Origin: Octopus vulgaris
Lineage: Eukaryota
Length of the DNA: 64,000 nt
Direction: 5' to 3'
NCBI GenBank assembly: GCA_951406725.2
Contig: OX597816.1
Location: 155,434,001 to 155,498,000 of the forward strand
Each line of letters starts with the position of its first letter. Positions within the stretch are counted from its first letter, which is position 1. The translations under genes and the position numbers were made by a program. Below, piece by piece: positions 55,349 through 64,000 of the stretch. A model generated the notes under the pieces. That model had not been told where the DNA came from. It ran no database searches and worked only from the letters and a program-made list of their open reading frames with translations.

Positions 55349-55416
55349 TTATAATAGTCCTCTTTTGGCTTCAACCATATCATCAGAAGTGTAAACCTCT
55401 TCCAATCCAAGTAGTA
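55349..55416 (-). CDS. Candidate terminal coding exon of an unidentified host gene
   Basis: Acceptor ttttgaatttcag, then a phase-1 reading xLLGLEEVYTSDDMVEAKRGLL* in non-repetitive CpG-poor DNA. No homologue recognised. Confidence 0.25.
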
Positions 55417-57254
55417 CTGAAATTCAAAATAGTTAAACAGCTCATGTTCTACCAAAGATCAATACAGCACAGGCCAGAATTAGACAGCAAAATAGACAGA
55501 GAAAAAAATGGTTAACATGTTTCAAATTACAACATTAACAGAAGCTGAGTTTGCAAAAATGTGTTGTAGAAAATACTTGTAGATGTTGTATTTGTAAAGT
55601 CAAGTATGTAAATCAATGTTGTAGAAACAGTGTTATACATGTTTGCATTAAATTCCCTTTGGGTTGATATGTGGAGAGAGCAGATAAAATTTCTGATGTA
55701 AATGGAATGTATAATAGCATTGATGGTACAAGGAACTAGGAGGGAATTAGATAAAGTCAATTGAATTCTCATTCAACTTAACTTTTATTATTTAAGAGTG
55801 TTTTCCTTTTTTTTATTGAAGACTAGCTAAAATGAGAGTTCTTCTATACTAAGAAAATAAAATTCAGTTAATTCCTCTAGTATTGATACCTGCCAAAGGT
55901 TAAAGTAGTTACAGAGTCTTATTGTCCAGTTAAAGCAAGGCAAAATGCATTAACAATGATAGAAAACATAGTGCCAAATGACTGCCAGGATACTGTGCTC
56001 TCATGAAAATCAGTGAAAATACTGAACAACATTACTTGTTACTCAAACGCTGCTACACTTGATATGTAAGAAGCTTGTATTCAATACTGCAGTCCTTAAA
56101 ATGTTTGAGATTGCTTTTTGACGTGAACTTACTTTAGTATTTTGTGAGGGAGGTGAACAGAGTGATAGACACAACATAGAGGCAGATTAAATTCCTTATT
56201 CAGTTTACTTTTGTCCTTTTATACTTTTAAATTGAAATGCTACCAGAAACAATTTTACCTTCTAGAAGTTGTTAAAATGAGCAGTAGTAACGTAGTGAGT
56301 CAAGTAAATTGACTGTACACTTCCATATTATTTTTAACCTTGTGTCAATTTTAAAAAATTATATAATTTTTTTAAATGTCTTTCACCAAAGTAGTTATAT
56401 CACATTGCTTTTTGTTTTACTTGGTTGATTCAAAAATAAATGTACTTTGCAGAAATATTATTTTGTTCTAGCAGCTGTTACATGATAATCAATTACTGAT
56501 GAGTCATAAAACAAGATGTCTTTTATATAACTGTTACAGCCATGTACAAATTAAAGCCAAGAGAATTTGTAGGTAACAAAACTAGTAACAAGGTGGGAGG
56601 TATAGCTGAGCAGTTAAGAAGTCTGTTTTGCAATCATGAGTTCCTGAGTTCAATCCAACTGCGAGGTATCTTAAGAATATGTCTTTACTCTAGCCTCAGG
56701 TCAACCCAACATAGGTGAATGATAATGAGTAGATGAGAACTCTGTGGAAGCCTAGTGGATGAATTGTAATTGTAACTGTAAGGTCCAGCTTATCATTTGG
56801 TGTGTCAAGAACATGTGGAATACCTAATCACTACACATTAATTCAATACACATTTCAACAACTGACTGCTTTTCTGCAAAACTGTTGAAAAATTTATCAG
56901 ATCAGTTTCTTTGAAAGAAAGAAAACTCAAGCATCAAAAGCTCTTAGTCTGAAACATCAGATTTTTCCATACACATGACAAATGAATTTATTAACAACTA
57001 GTTTCTTTATTTATCACTATTGTATTGTTTTGCTGTACTCAAGAATACCAACCCACCACAACAGAATTGATATCCTAAAACAAAAGTGCCATGTAAAAAG
57101 CATTGGTGTGGGAGCTGGTGCCACATAAAAAGCACTGGTGATAATGCCATGTAAGAAACACCCAGTACACTCTGCAAAATGGTTGGTGATACGGCTGGTG
57201 AAATGCCCAAAGAACAAAGACATGCATGAGACCACCCACATATGCCACAGGATC

Positions 57255-57875
57255 ATCATCATCGTTATCATCATCATTTAACATATGCTTTCCATGCTAG
57301 CATGGGTTGGACGGTTTAACTGAGGGCTGGCAAGCCAGATGGCTGCACCAGGCTCCAATCTGATCTGGCAAAGTTTCTACAGCTAGATGCCCTTCCTAAT
57401 GCCAACCACTCCAAGAGTGTAGTGTATGTTTTTATGTGCCACTGGCATGAGGGCCAGTCAGGCCGTACTGGCAATGACCAAGCTCAAATGGTGTTTTTTA
57501 TGTGCCACCTGCACAGGAGCCTGTCCAGTGGCACTGGCAATGACCACGCTCAAATGTTGTTTTTCATGTGCCAGGAAGGCAACGCTGGCAATGATCATGC
57601 TTGAATGGTGCTTTTTACATGCCACCAGCATGGGAGCCAGTCAGCAGCCCTGGCAACAACCATGCTCGGATGGTGCATTTAAGGTACCACTGGCATGAGT
57701 GCCAATCAGGTCACGTCAGTGATTTTGATTTCACTTGCCTCAACAGGTCTTCACAAGCAAAGTTTATTGTCCAATGAATGAAGGATACTCATAAGTGGAC
57801 TGGTTATTCACCACTGGCATAGGCCATGGGTTATGGTCTCACTTGGCTTGCTGGGTCTTCTCAAGCACTGCATGA
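57255..57875 (-). mobile_element. SINE family 3 copy with internal ~70-bp tandem repeats
   Basis: (CAT)n start, GATGCCCTTCCTAATGCCAACC, and repeated GGCAATGACCA..GCTC..ATGGTG..TTTT..TGCCA. Confidence 0.75.
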
Positions 57876-57926
57876 AACACAAGTCAAAAGACAAGCTCTC
57901 AGTTTCAGTTTTAATAAAAAAACATA

Positions 57927-59207
57927 CGGTGGGGGATGTTCATTACAGATTTCCTCTGACCCACTTCCTAAGGACTGGAATAAACAATACTTGGCATAAT
58001 TATTAGTCTTTCTCAACATAGCCACAACCAATGGTGACACACTTCACCCATTGCTTTATGCAGCTGTGAAGACCTTGTCTGTAGAAACTGGTGGGTTACG
58101 TCTGGAACCTAGACTTTACCTCGAAAATAAGTTCATCATCATCCAAAAAGTGCTTCTCCTTCAAAATAAAGACCTCAAGACTGGAAAGAGGTGGAAGTCA
58201 GAAGGTGTGAGGTCAGGAGAGTAAGGGGAATGAGAAAGGATTTCATAGCTGCAGGAGAGTGCTTTCATCTGGGCAACATGCACATTGTGAATTGGAGCAT
58301 TGTCTTGGAGGAAGCAGACTTCTTTGGTCAGCATGCTACGCCTCTCTGCTTTGATGGCGTACTGCAATTACTACAGCATAGAAGCATCATATGCCCCATT
58401 AATTATGGTGCCCTTTGCAGAAAATTCCATTATTACTACACCATGCTGGTCCCAAAAGACTGTGAGCATCACCTTGCCTGCTGAGGGTTGGACACGAGCT
58501 TTCTCTGGAGTTGGTGAGTTACCATGCTTCCATTGCCTTGACTGGACTTTAGTCTCAGGATCATAGTGATGGACCCATGTTTCATCCTGTGTGATAAGTC
58601 TGCCAAAAAAGTCCTCCTCATTTTCTTGGCACATTGCCAAAAGAGCCTGAAAGCAAGTGACTCATTCCTGCTTCTGAAAAAGTGTGAGCAGCTGGAGAAT
58701 CCATCGTGCAGACAACTTCCACGTGTGTAAATGGTTGTGAAGGATTGTTCCATGGACCATACACTTCTCTTCACTTCTTGGGCTAGTTGCTGAATAGTTA
58801 TGTGGCACTCCTCAAAATGGTGGCTTCCACTTTATGGATGATGTCATCATCAATGGCAGAATATTGTCATCCAGGAATAGGAACAGTTTCCACTGATGTC
58901 CAACCACATTTGAACTGATGATGTCAGTGCTTGACTACATCCCATGATGGTGCATCATTCCTATAAACTTTCATCTCATCGAAAGTCTCTTTTCAAGTAT
59001 AAGAACCTAATCACTGATCTGTATTCAACTGTCTCCATTTATAACACCTTAGTCTACTTCAGCAGCCATAAACGACAAACGAATACTAGTCAAAAGCTGC
59101 AATTTACAATGTGACACGAAGAAACATGTATGATTATACCTGTACAAGTTCCATTTCCTGCAATAATCAGAAGTGGGTCAGAAAAGACATTTACTGAACA
59201 CCTCTCA
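57927..59207 (-). mobile_element. Full-length older mariner related to 19574-20848
   Basis: Degenerate TIRs sharing TCTGACCCACTTC, TA flanks; ITQDETWVHHYDP, LQDNAPIH and HSPYSPDLTPSDFHLF. Confidence 0.9.
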
Positions 59208-59282
59208 TATCCTTTACAATATGTGCTGAGCATTCCTTCCTCATTTGTCTGACATTAACATATGTACACACACTCACACTCA

Positions 59283-59324
<42 letters not shown>

Positions 59325-59804
59325 CCAGCACATACAAATATGTTTTTAATGAATGAACACCGTATAGATTGGTGAGAATCCTCTAATCTTTGATGCCACT
59401 ATAAACCCACCTATACAGGACATTATGCAAAGTAGTTGGAGTTAGGAACTGTTTGAGTTATAGAAGCCATGGCAACAATAAGCACGTGTGTGAGGTTCCA
59501 TCTTTGAACCAACTAAAAGACAAAGTCTTCAAACAAGGATTGCTTCCGACAGCAATGATTTGTTCAAACCATGCCAACATGGAAAGCAGATGTAAAATGA
59601 TTATGCTGCTGCTGCTGATGATGATGATGATAAAGATGACAATGGTGGTAGTGGTGGTGATGATTGTACATCTCTTTGTACACTGAATTAAAATCCTGCT
59701 GTCAACTTTTGCTTTTTATCTGTTGTCGTTTCAGGCATCAAAGGGTAAAGTACCAGTCCATTATTGTGTTTGCTTCTTTTCCCTCCTCTCTCTCTCTCTC
59801 TCTC

Positions 59805-59970
59805 ACTGAACATGGGCTGTGACTATGGAGGACATGCGTAGGCTTGAAAGAAATGAAGCTAGCACGATCCGCTGGACATGTAATGTCAGTGTCCATGCAT
59901 GACAGAGTGTAAGCACCCTGAGAGAAATGTTGGACATAAGAAGCATCGGATGCAGTATGCAGGAGAGAAT
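59805..59970 (+). mobile_element. RTE LINE fragment
   Basis: TWAVTMEDMRRLERNEASTIRWTCNVSVH..LREMLDIRSIGCSMQER. Confidence 0.65.
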
Positions 59971-60347
59971 CAGAGAATTAGAGTAAAAGTGCAGGTACCT
60001 GTGGAATATTCAAGCATCAATTTCCTCAACAGGAATTCAGTTTGGAAATTCCTGAATGCTTATATGTAATAATGCTGAATATATCTTTGAAACTATGCTT
60101 TTCATAATTTGAATATATATCTACATGTTTAGTGTTACTGTTGCATACTTACTTAATACTTGAGAAATTCATGTTCAAATTTATGTAATTAGCGAAGCAT
60201 GAAATCTCAGCCATGCTGAGATTTCTCAAGATTTCCATTCTCATTCTTTATTAATTAAATTTTGCTCAGGTGTTTAGTTCTGTTAGCATGAGAAATGCTA
60301 ACTGAATTTATAATCTTAAAAACATATGCCATACTCATTATATATAT

Positions 60348-60756
60348 ACTCTTTTACTCTTTTACTTGTTTCAGTCATTTGACTGCGGCCATGCTGGAGC
60401 ACCGCCTTTAATCGAGTAACTCCGGGACTTATTCTTTTGTAAGCCCAGTACTTATTCTATCGATCTCTTTTGCCGAACCGCTAAGTGACGGGGATGTAAA
60501 CACACCAGCATCGGTTGTCAAGCAATGCTAGGGGGACAAACACAGACACACAAACATATACACACACACACACTTATGTATATATACATATATACGACAG
60601 GCTTCTTTCAGTTTCCGTCTACCAAATCCACTCACAAGGCATTGGTCGGCCCGGGGCTATAGCAGAAGACACTTGCCCTAGATGCCACGCAGTGGGACTG
60701 AACCCAGAACCATGTGGTTGGTTAGCAAGCTACTTACCACACAGCCACTCCTGCAC
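60348..60756 (-). mobile_element. Full-length SINE family 2 copy
   Basis: Near-consensus reverse complement of 35763-36243. Confidence 0.9.
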
Positions 60757-60777
60757 CTATATGTGTGTGTGTATATG

Positions 60778-60842
<65 letters not shown>

Positions 60843-60844
60843 TC

Positions 60845-61235
60845 AATAAATGGTGGGGTTGTGTTGACCGCACGTGGAGAAATGATAAGTAAGAAAAAAT
60901 TTTTTTAAAAATGCAGAATGCTCAAATGAAAGAAAATTTTAATAAAATGAGAAATTGATAAAATATATAAATATATATTTATTCAACCGGTTTTCGTCAT
61001 TGTATGACTTGTCAAGAATATTTATGTTTTAAGAAGTTTTTTTAAAAATTAGAAAGGGGAAAAAAAGAAAATTGCATTGTTTTTTGTAAAAGAATAATGA
61101 TAAAAATGTACAAAAATTAAAAAATAAGTTCTCCGATACATTGTGAGTTCGTTGTGTATCTTGAGTTTTATGGTTGTTTACGAAAAAATTACCTTGAGGT
61201 GTTAAGATCCAAAGGGATTAAGAGCATGTGTTGTG
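60845..61235 (-). mobile_element. PLE 3' terminal (pLTR-like) fragment
   Basis: Decayed HALNPFG(L)NT, resembling the LxPxGLN end of PLE GIY-YIG ORFs, followed by a hammerhead-like motif and abutting (TA)n. Confidence 0.45.
60981..61019 (-). ncRNA. Hammerhead-like motif with U3-A8 covariant core
   Basis: AUUC-UUGACAA-GUCAU-ACA-AUGAC-GAAA(A)-CCGG-UU-GAAU: perfect stems I and II, one extra A. Confidence 0.55.
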
Positions 61236-61527
61236 TTGTGTTGTTAAATTCAGCATGTTTGCAGGACAGGAAGTAGTAGTAATTGTGGTCCTGGTTCTTC
61301 AGTTCCTGTGTTGTGAGTAAGGGGAGACAACTCTTTTGAGTTCTTCAATAAAACCCAAATTATAAAACTATCATTTTAGCTTCATTTGCATTATCTTTTT
61401 TATATAATTGCTTGTTAACTTAACTTTCAGATTTTAACACTTTATTTATATTATTTTCTAATAATATAAATCTGCATAGACAATTGCATTTCAAATTGTC
61501 ATATCATTTATAATAAAAATGATAGTA

Positions 61528-61593
<66 letters not shown>

Positions 61594-61713
61594 CATATAT
61601 ATATATATTGATAAAAATGGTAAGATAACAAAAGTAGAAAGAGACCTTGATATTATGTAAATAGAGGAATTCATCTGTAAATGTAATATGTGACAATTAT
61701 TCGGTAGCCAAGA

Positions 61714-61770
61714 TAAAACTCTGGGTTTCAGATGCTGAGGTGGAAATCCACACCACCATCTCTTGAGTTA
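61714..61770 (-). ncRNA. Degenerate hammerhead-like motif (core CUCAAGA)
   Basis: UAA-CUCAAGA-GAUG...CAUC-U-GAAA-CCCAGAG-UU-UUA, in a cassette next to (TA)n. Confidence 0.35.
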
Positions 61771-62022
61771 AACAATGATGATGATGATGATATATGTATG
61801 TATATATTCTTTTATTCTTTTATATGTTTCAGCCCTGAGGCTGTGGTCATAAATTGTTGTTGTCACAAAGAATTTATAAACTTTGCCTGTTTGTCATACT
61901 GCTGTCTACTAGCTGGGCTATTTCTGTCTGCCTCCCATCGATCCTATACCTGCATGATATTATTCATAGTTTCATGTTGGGTGGCCATCTGACAAAATTG
62001 TTTACATACTGGATAAAATGAT

Positions 62023-62059
<37 letters not shown>

Positions 62060-62208
62060 CTGGAGTGTATAAGTGAATGGGAAACAACAATAGAAAAAAG
62101 CACTCAACACATAATTACATATAACATTATTTAAAACAGTTTGATTCAGTTCTATGCAACTTAAGTTTCACAGGCTTCTTACTGATACCTAGCTTGTTTA
62201 GGCCTCAG

Positions 62209-62255
<47 letters not shown>

Positions 62256-62401
62256 ATATATATATATAATGGAATAATTACTATGAAGCAGTGTAGAATA
62301 TATTGTATAAAGGATCAAGGGAAAAGCCAAAACAATGTGAAGTAAATGCAAGGTAAATCACAAGAAAACAAATATATGAATTCATGTAGACTTACTTTGT
62401 A

Positions 62402-62437
62402 TTCAATACTTCGGGATTATGACCCTATTTTCAAGAA
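62402..62437 (-). ncRNA. Highly degenerate hammerhead-like motif upstream of a PLE
   Basis: UUC-UUGAAAA-UA-GGG-UCAUAAU-CCC-GAAG..UU-GAA. Confidence 0.25.
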
Positions 62438-62649
62438 AATAAACGAATGTTGCCAATGTGCATGTGTGTGAGCATGTGTGGAGCGGACATGACAATCTGG
62501 CGATATGAAGTTCTTGGGAAGACCCACCCATCTCAGCAAAACTGAGTTCTAGATCCACTGTCTATGCACATTTACAAGGTTGTTTAATTTCATTTTTGTT
62601 TCCCAATATAATGTTTGTTCCTCCAGACGTGGTTCTCATAAAGAGCATG

Positions 62650-64000
62650 TGCCCTATCGAAGGGAAACAACTCTAACAGACCTAAAGTCCCAAAAACCGA
62701 GAAAAGACAAATATTTCACCAAAATATAATTAAAAATAAAGAAACCCAACCAACACGCTGAGATAAAAATAACCATAGAAAAACCGATAAATACTCTTCT
62801 TTAACCCAAAGTAACCATAATCCCCAACAAAAATATCGAAGATTCAATAACTAGACCAACCACTCAGAATTGAAATATGATAATGATAACAATTTCATCA
62901 ATAATAATAATAATAATAATAATAATACCTCACAAAAAAAGAAACCTTTTTTAGGATATGCAAATTCAAAACAGACACAGAACAGAAGCCTAAGGATACA
63001 GGATATAGATGGGATTTTGAAAGAAATAAAGAGAAAACTGATATACAAGTAATAAATATTTCAGAAAGAAACCTCAAGGAAAGCAAAGTTAACCTTCTAA
63101 AATATGGACTCAAATTTACACCAATCCTGCAATACAACACTATAGATCTTATTAAAGACACAGAAGAATTTTGCAGAAAACTCTGCCTTGAAGATTTCTT
63201 TCTGTGAAGAACCGGACAAGCTTTATACCACTAGTAAACAAAAACAGATACTTTGAGGAATATATAATGTATCTGCAAAGATCTGCAAAATCCAATATCA
63301 CAATGGGCCATACAATATCAAACGTTACACATGAAGAAAAAGAAGCTTTGGAATCTTTACAAAAAGATCACTCAATAATTATTAAAGAAGTGGACAAAGG
63401 AGGGGCAATTGTCATAATGGACAAACTCCATTACAGAGAAATGGTCCTTGAGCACCTGAATGTCCAACACTTCTACAAAAAGATTAGAAAATAATCTAGA
63501 TAGGTATACATCAAATACGATTAGTAAACTTACAAACACATATAAAGATGAACTTACAAAAAATGAGTTAGATTACCTTACTAAGTTTGAAGTAAAAACC
63601 TATAACTTCTATGGTCTTCTGAAAATCTACGAGTCTAAAGAAATCAAGCACTGTTTGGAGGACATCCAGACTTCATATATAAAATTCCCAGACCATCTGA
63701 TCTTAAATTTAGACCAATTGTAGCAGGACCAGCATCAAGCACACAAAGACTAAACAACTTGCTTGACACAATTCTAAAACCCTTATGTAAATTGGTCCCT
63801 AGTTTTATTAGAGATGATATGAATTTCCTAAACCACATTCCAAAAAGAGTGAACAAAGAAACCATATTAGTCAGTTTTGATGTAGTCAGCCTCTACACCA
63901 ATACCTCCCATAACTTAGGATGAGAACCAGTAGAGTTCTGGATACACAAACACCCACAAGGAATCCAAGAAAGATTTTCTAAGGAGTTCATACTTGAAGG
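62650..64000 (+). mobile_element. Penelope-like element, 5' part of RT (runs off the window)
   Basis: VINISERNL..LLKYGLKFTP, IIIKEVDKGGAIVIMD (DKG motif), FYGLLKI, RPIVAGP and LVSFDVVSLYTN, with frameshifts and stops. Confidence 0.9.

Noticed and set aside
51640-56510. Isolated CTGATGA matches (~51646, 52861, ~56496)
   Set aside because: No supporting stems or GAAA..UH arrangement

Overview
AT-rich, microsatellite-dense eukaryotic DNA, almost certainly from an octopus or related coleoid (inferred from the repeat families). Most of the window is transposon debris. It holds three tRNA-derived SINE families, Dong/R4 LINE relics and a young GC-rich CR1 LINE. It also has RTE fragments, three Penelope-like elements (PLEs), two mariners, Tc1 elements, a Chapaev3-type transposon, Helitrons and MITEs. 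There is a 2.45-kb (TA)n tract. No intact host gene is evident, and the long ORFs in the track are mostly microsatellite translations. The most interesting signal is about ten minimal type I hammerhead-ribozyme-like motifs from several sequence families. One has a fully canonical core, and several sit in short cassettes embedded in (TA)n. The last ~14 kb also shows CpG decay, suggesting a methylated gene body, with weak candidate exons on the minus strand. All calls were made by eye, without database searches.
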